DNA from: Phoronis australis
Lineage: Eukaryota > Animalia > Phoronida
Direction of reading: 5' to 3'
Assembly (NCBI GenBank): GCA_002633005.1
Contig: NMRA01000561.1
Location: 119,860 to 183,859, forward strand
Length of the DNA stretch: 64,000 nt
Shown here: positions 38,221 to 50,358 of the stretch, piece after piece
Layout of the letters: the number at the start of each line of letters is the position of its first letter
How positions within the stretch are numbered: the stretch's first letter is position 1
Notes under the pieces: model-generated
Seen by the model: only the letters and a program-made list of their open reading frames with translations
The model's database searches: none
What the model was told of the DNA's origin: nothing
Made by a program: the position numbers and the translations under genes

Positions 38221-40536
38221 CGCCAAGTCGTGGTTGAAAGGGCTAAACTTTGTCGAAAATGCCTTTTTGACAACCATAAGGTAGGAAATTGCCAAAAAAC
38301 GTCTTTTTGTCGCAAACAAGGCTGCGTAGAGAAACATTCATACCTACTTCATGATAAAAATGATAACACTCCCCCTAATGTGACCAATAATGGAATCCGG
38401 GTGGCTGACCATGACATATATCTGCCAATTGTCCCGGTTCGGGTGAACAATGCGTACTCTACCTTCGCCCTTTTAGACACCGGGTCTTCAGGCAGCTTCT
38501 GCACCAGGAGTCTGGTTGAGAAATTGAAGCTGCCGACCACAAAACGTACATATACATTGAGTACGATTGATGCGCTCGACCAAGAGCGGCGCTCTATGCA
38601 AACTGCTTTCCGTTTGACAACCCAAGACGGTGCAAACGACTTATCTATGTCTCATGTTTATGTGGCAAAGGAGATACCAACAGACATGCCTCCCGTTGAC
38701 TTATCAGCATACAACCACCTAAAAGATTTGCCAATTGTCCAAGGAAGAGTTGAAGTTGAAATCCTAATTGGCCAAGATAATTGTGAGGCCCTTATCCCAC
38801 TAGAGGTCAGAAAGGGTGGGGAAAATGAGCCCTTTGCAGTCCGCACTATGTTTGGTTGGTGCCTTAATGGTCCAAAAGGTGGCGCTGTTAGCACTAAGGT
38901 GATTTCCCATTTTGTTACTAGCGTCAAGCCGAAAGTTGTTTCTGAATCGTCTGAATTTTTCGTAACGGATGATGGGACTGATGCTTTGGATGCCACGGGT
39001 CCATCCGTCAACAATGAGAAGGTGTTTGAGGTCAATGATGATGACCCTGAAGTTAAACACCAAGTCACTTCACATGGAAGTGCAGTGTCTATGCCTGTTA
39101 GAAGAAAGGCAATTATTAGAGAACATCCTCTTAAGCAATTGAGTGAATATTACTCAGACTGGTAGCGACTGAAAAGGGCAGTCGCATGGCTGATTAAAAT
39201 CAAGAAGTCATTGAAAGCGAAAAGTAAATTCACGAAACTAACCGTTTCAGACATGCAATCAGCAGAAGAAGAAATTCTGAAATTTGCACAACAAAATTTG
39301 AAAACAAATAGCGAAAATGTTCGCCAACTAAATCCTTACGTTGATGAAAATGGCATCATACGTGTTGGAGGTAGGACTAGCAAAGCTGGTACCAATAACA
39401 AAAATCAAATCATTGTCCCAAGCGGACACATTGCAAATATATTGATTCGCCACATACATGAAACGAATCACATGGGATGTGAATACACCTTGGCAAACAT
39501 AAGAGAAATGTATTGGATTCGCAGAAAAGATGTTAAATCTATCTTACGCAGATGCATTATTTGTCGTAAAGTTAATGGCAGATCATGTCAACAGAAAATG
39601 GGAGAACTCCCAGAGACCCGACTTGCAGCAGGTGATACACCCTTCGCACATACTGGTGTTGACTGCTTTGGTCCCTTTTTAGTCAAAAGGGGACGCTCTG
39701 AATTGAAACGGTATGGATGTGTATTCACATGTATGAGTACTCGTGCCGTACACATTGAAGTTTTGGAAACACTTGATACTGATTCGTTCATAAATGCATT
39801 GAGGAGATTCATTGCAAGAAGAGGTCAACCAAAGTCAATAACTTCTGACAATGGTGGAAATTTTGTCAGTGGCAATAAGGAACTTGCCAAAGGTCTAAAA
39901 GAATTAGACGACATGAGGATACAAAATTCCTTGCTACAAAATAACATTGAATGGAAATTCAATCCACCTCATGCAAGCCATCACGGCGGTGTTTGGGAAA
40001 GACAAATTAGATCGATTAGAAAAGTTTTGATGACTTTATTGGGTGAACAAAAATTGAATGATGAAACTTTGACTACACTCTTGTGTGAAGTTGAAAGCAT
40101 ACTGAATAACAGACCAATTACACCTATTAGTGATGATACAGATGATATGCAAGCACTTAGACCAAATCATCTTTTAATGATGAAAGAAGGTCCATCATTG
40201 CCACCCTGCGCCTCAGAGAGGAATGATATTTATAGACGTCGTTGGCGTCAAGTTCAGTACATGGCCCAACTTTTCTGGAGAAGATGGCTTAAACAGTACC
40301 TTCCCGAACTGCAACGGCGTCACAAGTGGCTACCAATTACCCCAAATGTCTCAGTAGGTGATTTAGTCTTACTCATTGAGGACAATGTCCCAAGAAATCT
40401 TTGGCCTCTGGGTAGGGTTGTTGAAGTTAATCCTGGTACTGATGGCTTAGTCCGCTCAGTAAAGGTTAAAACCAGAAATACTCTTCTTACAAGACCCATT
40501 ACCCAGTTAGTGATGCTTGAAGGGAAACTTTATTGA
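38221..40536 (+). pseudogene. BEL/Pao Gag(C-term)-protease-integrase frame with one internal TAG (39163-39165) and no RT/RNaseH
   Basis: CRKCLFDNHKVGNC...C..C..H..LLH knuckles; ALLDTGS; HHCC zinc finger; GVDCFGP/SDNGGNF/GGVWER DDE motifs; C-terminal WPLGRV...DGLVR. Both listed ORFs are in the same frame. Confidence 0.9.
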
Positions 40537-40644
40537 GAAGTTATTTTGTCAAGAAAGAATTGATAATAGTTATAGATTTTTAAGGTTCAATACTATCAGT
40601 TGAAGTATATAGGTTAAATTTAGGGGTAAATTTAAGGCCGGGAG

Positions 40645-41208
40645 TGTAACATTTTTGACGAAAAATGTTAGAATTATGTAACGATTAATCGATAATTAAA
40701 TTTATGAACAACTGTGTTAATTAATAACAGTTAACTATTTTGAAAGTCACAAATATTCTAGAACAGGACTTGTTATTGTAAACAACTTGTTGTGGTAAAC
40801 TTGAGTATTGCGCAATTTCTTCAGAAAAGCTTTAGTTCTGTTAAGTTCTCAGTGCAGTTCTGACAAACAGGATATGATCATCAAAACATGTTTTGGAGTG
40901 GTCAGTTTTAGGTGGGTTGATTCTAAGAAACACCCACACCGATGTACTTATGCCTTGACCAGTGTTCATGTGATGTTTAGTCATATCTTAGAGTATAAAT
41001 ATTTCTGGAGCAAACATAAGCGTCATTCTCAAAAGAAAAAGTTAGGAGACGAGGAAGCTCAGTAACTTTGGAGAATCAAGTATTTTAGGCAGATCACCGA
41101 GTCTGTAGAGTTTCAAGGAGTGTATTCAGTCACTGACAAGGATCATACTGATACACAAAACAAGAATTGGATGTTCATGCGTGGATAAGATCAAAGGGAG
41201 CAATTTCT
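40645..41208 (+). repeat. Second LTR (first 564 bp; about 17 mismatches to the 5' LTR by eye)
   Basis: Direct repeat of 37262-37825. Confidence 0.92.
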
Positions 41209-41824
41209 ATTTACTGTAATGTTCTGCGTTGGACAGACAAAATCAAAGTCCGAGTTTGACGAGATGATTTTATTTACTAATTCCACTTGGAACCTCAGTG
41301 AAAACTTTCAATCCTTGTGAGAACCGTGTGAGAACTGTAAATCTATGAAAATACACAAAATACTCTAAATACATGACAATATTATATAAAACCGAATCTA
41401 AATTAAACTGTTAACAATAGTCACTCTAAGAAACTAATCAAAATTACTCAAATCTAAGTGAATCGGTATATGAACTTTAAATCACATTTTACTAAACCAA
41501 CATTTATCTTAAAACGTTGTATATCTTAGAATATTTCATAGCTCATAAACTCTAATGAGACTTACGTGCACACTGTTGTGAATCACCCACACAAGCACGA
41601 TGTAGAAACAGGTAGGCCTTGTTTTCTTCGTCACGAATCTTCTTCTTAGACTTCTTACTTCTGACAATTTTGCTATCCCCCGTCCTCGCGGGAAGATTTC
41701 TATTTACTGTGCCCCGTCCTCGCGGGAAGATTTCTATTTACTGTCCCCCGTCCTCGCGGGAAGATTTCTGTTTACTCTGCCCCGTCCTCGCGGGAAGATT
41801 TCTATTTACTGTTATGTTCTGCGT
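41209..41824 (-). repeat. Inverted distal LTR segment plus inverted 5'-internal region with a 34-bp repeat x4
   Basis: 41209-41565 is the reverse complement of 37826-38182. 41677-41811 is four copies of ccccgtcctcgcgggaagatttctatttactgt, the reverse complement of the unit at 38177-38210. Confidence 0.9.
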
Positions 41825-42329
41825 NGAAGTCCTGCACGATTACAAATATGTTCCTGCCCAGTGAATGCATTTTGGTCTATTCCATTCTGTGAAAATATCG
41901 TCGAATGATTTGGAATGCAGATACGCTCAATTTATAGTCACTTCTACCCGTTGTAGACACGTTCAGACACGTTTGGGTAGACCCGACAAACGAAAACTTT
42001 TATTTCGTAATACATAAACGATGACAGCCAAATGCTGTTATTTGCGATCACGTCATACTAATTGCTTTAGACTGATTTCTTGTTCGTTTACATAATGGGT
42101 TATGTTTTGTCAATTTCAGCTCATCAAACCGTCTTTAGACGCGGATTAGATCACCCGAGAAGATTAAAACACACGAGAGGTTAGTGGCCACATGACTCAT
42201 TTGTTCAATCGCCTATAGGACGGTAATTATAGAATCAATGACGTATCAAAAGAAAAACATAGAGATATTATAATACTCTGCCTATTGCTTCAGTTAGAGC
42301 GGTATTAAAGAAAGGATATTTCCACACAT

Positions 42330-42659
42330 ATGATGGTTAAGACTTACACCGAGGTGTGCGGAAATTACTGTAACTACGACGAGTTGGACGCCTTGTTGTT
42401 TCTGACACTAGAAGAGGACATGGCGAAACTGATTAAAACATTAGAACAGGAGCTGCAAAGTGATGATTGGATTTTACGCGACTGTCCAGACGCCATGAAC
42501 ATCATGTATAAACACGCGACGGACTCACAAATGAGTGGGTTGGCGATCCATGCAGCTTCTTGCTATACAAACGGGACAGCGTTATGCCCAGAAGGTTATG
42601 GAGACAAATTAGACAATTTGTACAACAATGTGACGATCATAGAACAGATCGTTTTCTGA
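42330..42659 (+). CDS. Small hypothetical ORF upstream of the PolB remnant (possibly a Polinton accessory gene)
   Basis: 109-aa ATG ORF with protein-like composition, co-oriented with PolB; no family recognised. Confidence 0.3.
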   Translation: MMVKTYTEVCGNYCNYDELDALLFLTLEEDMAKLIKTLEQELQSDDWILRDCPDAMNIMYKHATDSQMSGLAIHAASCYTNGTALCPEGYGDKLDNLYNNVTIIEQIVF

Positions 42660-42823
42660 TTGAGCCATCTTGGTTTTTTGAACGAGCAATTGTCGCGGAC
42701 GATATTTACAACGACCTCTTTGAAAGTGACAAGCAGACAACTTTTTACTATGTTGGACGTTTTCCCTTCTGGTATTCGGATTCGTCTTTAGATTGACTTT
42801 TATTTTTTCAGCAATGAAAGAAC

Positions 42824-45800
42824 ATGGGTGCAGTATTTGTGGTAAGGCGTTTGCTACGCCCCGAAGCCTGCAATGACATCGACAATGGGTTCAACGGGGA
42901 AGACACGCGTGCGAATGTTGTGGTGTCATTCAGCCGAAGTGACAGTATCGCGAGACACCGACGCGGCCACAAGCAGTATAATGGCCCCGAACATCGCTCT
43001 ACCTTCGGTGTTAGCGCTGCGTTTGCCTCATCGCCTGTAAATAACGTCGTTGCTGACGTTACAGAGAAGCCAACTAATATTCCCGCAAACATCGACCCCG
43101 AAATACAAAACGTGTTCCAAATCTGCATCTACGTAAACGAGTTGGAAGAATCCGAAGACGGTGTCACTGCTCGCTTGCTTTGTCTACCCCATCGCCAGTT
43201 TGACGACGAACTTTTTCTCAACTTGTATGAAGATCGCTTTTCGTGCATTCACGACATCAAGAAGTAGGCCTACTGTAGGTCTTACCAATGCAATCTCTGT
43301 GGTTCGTTTTGGAATACTGCGTGGAAAGTATCTAGACACCGAAAAACATGCGATAACATTTTTTCCTAGTAAAGCGTATGCAACACCTCTCACAGCTTTC
43401 AAGAAACTGGAAGAACGTCATTCCCGAAAGCAATCGGTACTACCCCTACAGGGCGGCGTTTGATATTGAGACGTTCATGAAAGCAACGGAAAAGTCGGAG
43501 GTTCTAATTTAACCTGGGAGAGAGAACACGAGATCATGAGCGTTTCTGTGGCCAGTAACGTCGACGGGTTTGAAGATGGGCAGTGTTTTGTATCTAACGG
43601 TGACCCCCCAAACAAGTGGTGAGAAAAATAATTCAACATCTTGTCGTCATTAGTGACTAGGCATACCACCTACTCAGAGAGAAGTTTTCGGGGTCAAGAC
43701 ACGGTTCGTTGGGATGTAACAGACAACGCTGAGGTGGAAGACGTTGACGAAGACGGGGAAACAGAAGATAAACATCTTCGTCACTTCCTGCAAGAACTGG
43801 CTGCCGATTTTGATCGTTATCTCAAACAAATGCCTACGATTGATTTCAATTCGGAAAATTACGACCTGAACACCATGAACGAGCAATTTTTTCCAATACC
43901 TATATTATTACAGGATTTGAGTTTCGTGATCAAGCGCAACAATAACTTTATGTGCTTAACTTAGGTTTCTCGACATTGTAAATTATTTGGCCCCGGGTTG
44001 TTGCTATGCAAATTCTTTGAAGGAGTACTAGACAACTGAAGAGAAAGATTTCTTTCCCTACGAGTAAGTGGATAACTCGGGAAAACTAGAGGAAACGGCT
44101 CTACCACATTAAGCGTCTTTCTACAGCAGCTTGAAAGCGGGGGCAATAAGCGACGACGATTACGCCCTCTGTCTTAAGGCATGGAAAGAAAACAAAATGA
44201 AGAGTCAGAAGGTGGGTAAAAGCCTTTTATAGTAATATTAAGTCATGTGTTGTCGTAAATGGTCAACCATCTCCTTAGTTCAATATTTCGCGTGGCTACA
44301 GAAAGTTGATCCTTTGTCTTCCTGCGGAGATTTTGGCGTATTTAATCAAGAATAATAAAAAATATTGCAGGTGTAGTTGCAAGAATATTTGATTTCGCAA
44401 TATGCATCAATTACTTTGGATGGGTCGATTTTGTCATTGACTAGCACATTGAATGTACTACATTTGTTTGCTAGTGTCTCCAGTCTCCAAGTGAATGTCG
44501 ATAAAACAAAAAGCCATATGGTTTGGAAGTAAAACTGGTAGTGATGATGTGATTCTTACAAAAGAAAGTCTATCTTGGACAAAAATTGTCTTTTAGATTT
44601 TGAGGGTGCATTTTGACACTCAGTCGGATAGTATGACGCATAAGAACTTCACTGCAAGAATGATTGAGATTAAGTCTTTATTAAAAAGTTGGAGTCAATG
44701 AAATTTAACGCCGTTTGGTAGTAATTAAATCGTTAGCTATTTCTAACCTTAATTTTTTGTTGTCAAGTTTACCAAATCTACCAGTAAGTCTTGGATGAAT
44801 TTAATGCGATATTCTTTAGATTTGCATGGCAGGCTCGTATTGATGAAATTAAACGAACTACGGCCTGTTTAGGACTAGATCAAGGGGGACTTCAAATGGT
44901 TGATATTCATACTTTCAGCAAAGCTTTAAAACTCGCCATTGCCCTTAGTTATCTTAAAGCCCTGTACCATATCCGTTCTTAGAGAATTTTGCTTAATTTG
45001 GAGATGAGTTCATTAAGTCGAAGTTAACTCTAATTGATAATTCCAATTGGCGTGACGTATTTAGAAGTACGACATCTTTCTATAAAAAATAATTTTTGCG
45101 AGTAAAGGGGACTTTTTGAATTAACCTTTGTGGTTTAATAGTAACTTGGGGATCGGAGCCAAAAGGTTTTTATAAATTTTGGTTTGTAAAGGGCTTAAGA
45201 TTTATCAGAGATATGTATACATCTGATGGCGATTTCGTTAGTTTAAACTAATTACTCACTTACGGAAAGATATGAAGGGTTGCAGACATATTTGTTCTAT
45301 CTTTAACGACATTAAGAAACCTTTTAAGTCAGAGTATAAATTGGAAATAGAGTTAGGAGAAGAAAATATACGCATTGCCTTATGAAATTATAAAGGATCC
45401 CAACATTAGAGGATTCCAAGTTAAAATATTACACAGTATTATTGCAACAAATACTTTTTTAGCCCAAATCCAAGTTCGGGATTATAATTTATGTTCCTTT
45501 TGTAATAAAGCTCCAGAGACGCTGTCACACCTTTTTGGGAATGTCGCCCTGTACATGATTTTTGGAAGGAATTCAGAAAACTACTTCACAAGTGTCTCAT
45601 TCCGCTTCCCAACTGTCTCTCTTACAAACGTGTTATTCTTGAACTTTACGAGACACATGATTTTCTATTTAACATTTTGCTATTACTAGCCAAACAGTAC
45701 ATTTACAAGGAGAGGTGTCACGAAAATATACCTAATATTCACAAGTTTGTTACATATACTTATGAGTACTAATGCTGAAAAATATATTGCATATAAAAAA

Positions 45801-47868
45801 TTTGTATCTGAAAGCTTCTCTGGAAAATGGGAAATTTTTATTGTTCACATTAAGTCCATGTAGCAGTTGTTTACTTTATACGAGGTACGAGAATGGTCTC
45901 TCCTGAGGGATTCGTGCGTGAATGAGTGGATGTGCTTATTTGTTTGTTGGTTTTCTCACTTGTTTATTAATGGTAATAAATATCTGATTTTTTTAAAATG
46001 AAGAGTCTGAAAGATTTTTGGTGTGGTACAATAACAAAGACACCGGACCCATGCTGGAAGCCGTCGATACCATGGCGGCATTCTACAGAGGGAAAAGGAC
46101 GTCGACCTCTTCAAAGATGGCATCAGCGTGCCCGGGCTGACTATGAGGATTCTCTTAAAAATATCGGTAACGTATTCTTTACGCTGCTTGAGGAAAACCC
46201 AACGAATTGTACTATATCTTCAAACAGAATATCGTCAGAGGTCCCAGTATTGTTTTCTACAAGTACCACGAAAAGGGAAAGGTGTTCATACGCCAAACTG
46301 AGGTAGAGAATGTGGGAAAACGACCAAAGACGGTTTCAAAGATTCTGGGTTTCGATGTAAATGCTCTTTACCTTTGCAGTATCATCAACGAGCAACCGAC
46401 GCGACCATTTATTCGTCATAGGCAAGAAAACAATTTCAAACAATCATTTCCTAATCTTAGGGCACGAAAGGCAACTGCTTGGCAACTCGGAATAAGTATT
46501 CGTCACCAATTGAGCGGGGTTGAAAAAAGAGTAGGTCATCGTCGTATTCCAGTTGGCCGTTTCTGTCGTCAGTCGCACAAAGTTTTACAATTTCAAGGAT
46601 CATACTGCCAGGGCCACGATTGTAGAGAACACCAGAGACATTAGGGACTATATTATCGACCAAGCCTTCGATTCTGAATAGATTGAGAGTCTGAATTTGA
46701 GGGTTTGAAATGGCAAGACGATGCCCTACGTTTTTTCTCAAAAGACTAGAGTTACCCACGGAACGTTTCTACAGTTTGACGAGCTGTTCGGGGTTGTGTC
46801 CCCAGGCATATGAGAGAGCAATTTTCATAAATGCAACCTATATTCAAGAATATAGACATCAGCAGAGACGACATAGGAGACTTTATGCGGGAGTATGCTG
46901 AGAGAAATAAAATCATGAGCCGACCACGACGATTTCTGGTGGGACGTTTCATTTTGTGAGAAATTTTTTTGGCAACCCAACTTCTGAAAAGGTTCTTGGA
47001 GCTCGGCCTGGAGATAACAAACATCTATTAAGTGGTCGAATTCCCTCCCGTAAAATGTTTCCAGCGTTTTGGTGAGGAAGTCAACGACGCTAGGCGGGAA
47101 GGGGGTAAAGACAAAAACAAGTCTATTGTAGCGCAGACGATGAAGCTTATAGGTAATAGTGCGTATGGTAAGGTGGTAACGAATCAAGAAATACATCGTG
47201 ACGTCAAGAACTGCGGAGAGGCTAAGGCTCAACGGGAGGTCCAGTTTCCGGAATTTTGACATACTACATCGAGGACGGAACCTACGAATTGGACATGAAA
47301 AATGAGATTATTCGCCTGAACCTGCCACTTCAAGTCGGCTTCTTTGTCTATCAGTACGCGAAGTTGCGCATTTTTTGGAGTTTTACTGCGACTTCATGTT
47401 AAAATTCGTCGATAGATTTGATTTCGAACATTGTGAGATGGACACAGACTCGGCGTAAATGGCTATATCCGGTAACTGTCTAGATGATGTGGTCAAACCC
47501 GACATGCCAGAAGCTTTCGAGAGAGAAAAACATCTCTGGTTTCCACGAACACACTCGGAAGAAAAAGATGCCTACGACATGCGCACGCCTGGTTAGTTGA
47601 AGTTGGAATTCGAAGGGGACTACTGCATCGCACTTTGCTCTAAAACTTATTACGTGGGGGAGGACGACGGTAAATCTCATGAAATGAAACTGACAAGGCG
47701 AGGTATGTCAAAGTGTTACAGACCACGAAGAGTAGCTCCACCCTCAACAAAGGATTTCGGTTAGGCGACGATAATACCATATACCTATCTGCAAGAAAGA
47801 TGTGCATTCACCTACTTTTATCCAAAAGACAAGTGTTCGACGACAGCGTCACCACTGGATCTTTGAAT
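42824..47868 (+). pseudogene. Decayed protein-primed family B DNA polymerase of Polinton/Maverick (adintovirus-like) type
   Basis: Motifs in the expected order: YPYRAAFDIE (ExoI), FNSENYDLN (ExoII), FPYE, GPSIVF, GFDVNALY (motif A), KLIGNSAYGK (B), EMDTDSA (C), IALCSKTYY, NKGFR, FTYFYPKR. Many stops and frameshifts. Confidence 0.88.
44207..45994 (+). mobile_element. 5'-truncated, decayed L1/Tx1-clade LINE inserted into the PolB gene
   Basis: 13-bp TSD aaaatgaagagtc at 44194-44206 and 45995-46007; NVDKTK, GGLQMVDI, PLWFNSN and CSFC...ETLSHLF zinc knuckle; AATAAA at 45975. Confidence 0.88.
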
Positions 47869-49702
47869 ATTTAATTCAGGACATTTAATAATTTACCAAT
47901 CATACGGATGATAGTGTCTGAACGTCTTGATGATTTTTGTAGTGTATTTGAATGTACGTTGTTATTAATACACGTTGAAACAATATTACGTTTATATTTT
48001 ATTTTAGGTCGTCACAATGTCTACTTATTTACATTTTACGGGTTGTACGCGACATCTGTTGTTGAGTTAGGTGGTTACAATATCTCCTTATTAGTACCTT
48101 TCACGGGTTATAAGCGACATCTGTTGTTAATAAATGGCAGAGAGCAAAGGGGATAATACAATGACAGGTACCTCACGCAAAATACGGGAATCAACCTTTT
48201 TGGCTTATTCAGTACACAACATAATCCCTATTGTGTTTCCAATCTGGATCAGTCGAACTCCACAAACACAACATATTCAACGTCGTTTTAGAACATTTGG
48301 GGGGATGGACGGCGCCACGCTCTAACCTACTTGATGATGTCACGCGACTTCCGATTGGACCTCATTTTACTTCCGGTTTACCGACGTCTTTTGGGTACGC
48401 GCATAACCTTGACCTTGGATCGAGGTCAATCTCTAAACGTCCAATGAGTTGTGATATCATTGTCACTTCCATCCGGTAGGCGGATATACCCCTTTCGGTT
48501 GCATCCACCACGACCTTTGACCGATGTCCCGCTCAAACTGGGCGCCTAAACAACTTGCTATGGAACAAAACACTGTTGGTAAATTCACAATTTCCATTCC
48601 ATAAATCGAAGGTTTCTCGATCGAAATCCCTGGCGCGTGCATGACTAGCATTACTGGCCCCGTCCGGATGACCACTCAAGACGCCATTTTCTCTCAACTT
48701 GACACTTGCTTTCGTTGGCTATTAAAATGTATTTAAAATCTAAACCCTCACCCCAGGAAACCATAAACCAAAACATAGCCTTAATCCTAATCCCAAATTA
48801 GCCCAACCAATTACAGAGTAGATCAACTGTACTTTTGGTTTGTGACAAGGAAGGCAAGTGAACCAAAAAAAATCGTTTCAGAATGACAGTGGGTTATCCA
48901 CCAAGTTTGATTCATAGGCCGAAGAGCGCTCCAGCGCACGCCAATACGAACACTACTAATACAAATTTCGCTCGTGTGAGTGTTCTATTGTTCTTTTAAG
49001 ACTACGTGACATGTGACGTAATCGTGAGGTTTTGCTACCCTGCGCGTAAAAGGGCACAAAAAAAAGCTCTCCCTGGGGTTTGCCTGTCAGAATACACGAC
49101 AATGGACTAGTCACCCTTTCTTCACTCTGTCTAAAATTTGTATGCAAAGAATGAAAAGTTTCGAGTCATTTCACATCACAAGCCCTAAAAATGAGCACAG
49201 AAACTTTATTCTCTTTTGTATTTTTGACCCTTTCACTCCTGAAAAGCAAGGTAGACTAAGAAAAAAGGGGCAAAACACAAATCAGCACTTTTCACCCCAG
49301 AACCTCCATTTCCCTGCCGATGCACGACTGAAGCCAACATTAGATTCTCAAAGCAAATTTCTTATCAATTCCAAAAATATGGTCCAAAAGTACTGTCAAC
49401 CAACTAGTTTTTTTTTGCAAATCTGGCTACCTGAAATTGCAGCTAATTTCTCTACGCAGCAATGCACAATTGCAACAGGGGACCGCCATCTTAAAGAAGA
49501 GTGCAGCTACAGCCGAGCAAATGTTTTTTCACTCTCGAAATGTTCACAAATACAAACAAAACTGCACGTACGTGCAATGCATAACTGAAAAGTGTCCCAA
49601 GCCTGGCGGGCATTGCGAGTTGGCTGCGGCCGCAGCCTAACTGTCCACTGCCACCAAACCTATTCGAAACTGAGCCACGTCGTTGTACAACTGTCCATAC
49701 AT

Positions 49703-49877
49703 TCAGACTTCCATGTCATCAAAAGCGACTGTAACTTCCGATTCGCCATCTTCAGACAAGCCTGCCTGTTTCATTCTTGAGTAGTCCTCGTCGTCGACGT
49801 CGTCTCGACACAAGGCGTATACTATGGCGGGTGCCACACCGTGGCTTGCGACATTGCAAGCGGTCCTAAGGCGATCC
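49703..49877 (-). CDS. SLC1/EAAT-family transporter, terminal exon (TM8 and C-tail)
   Basis: DRLRTACNVASHGVAPAIVYALCRDDVDDED...DDMEV*; ag acceptor, phase-consistent. Confidence 0.9.
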
Positions 49878-50223
49878 CTACATGAGGAAATAAGGTAAAA
49901 CCGTTAATTGAACTCATTTTTCATAAATGGCATAAATATCTCGTAGCATAATTTATCCATGAATAATAAGTGCAATTATGGTTTACGATTGCACCAGTGT
50001 TTTGATTTCGAGTTTTCCTTCGCGCGGCAGATGCAAAAACAATCTTTTGGAAAGAAAATAGGTAACCACACAGACCGTCACATGTCAATTTCATTCTCTT
50101 TGTAGATTTCAGACGGTATCGATGGCGACAGGAAACAGAAATCAATTGCGCATTATGGCACACCAATGATAATTAATCTATAAGATTTTATAAATTGAAC
50201 ACGTCGTGCATTAAGACTCTTAC

Positions 50224-50358
50224 ATGAGCCATTCGACAGTGAAGAGCAGAGCGATGTCACTTCCGGGAATGCCCAGTGACGACAACAGGATGACTATGGT
50301 AACAATGCTTGAGCTTGGAACAGATGGAAGCGCCATGCATGCGACTGTTGTTAAAAAC
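50224..50358 (-). CDS. SLC1 transporter exon (HP2)
   Basis: FLTTVACMALPSVPSSSIVTIVILLSSLGIPGSDIALLFTVEWL; 135 nt, AG/GT. Confidence 0.92.

Larger units (their letters stand above)
37262..41824 (+). mobile_element. Internally deleted, rearranged BEL/Pao LTR retrotransposon
   Basis: LTRs, Gag zinc knuckles, DTG protease, complete integrase, and a purine-rich tract aaggccgggag before the second LTR. Confidence 0.92.

Noticed and set aside
41677-41811. 34-bp repeats as a CRISPR or iteron array
   Set aside because: No spacers, and the unit is the BEL 5'-leader repeat in reverse orientation.
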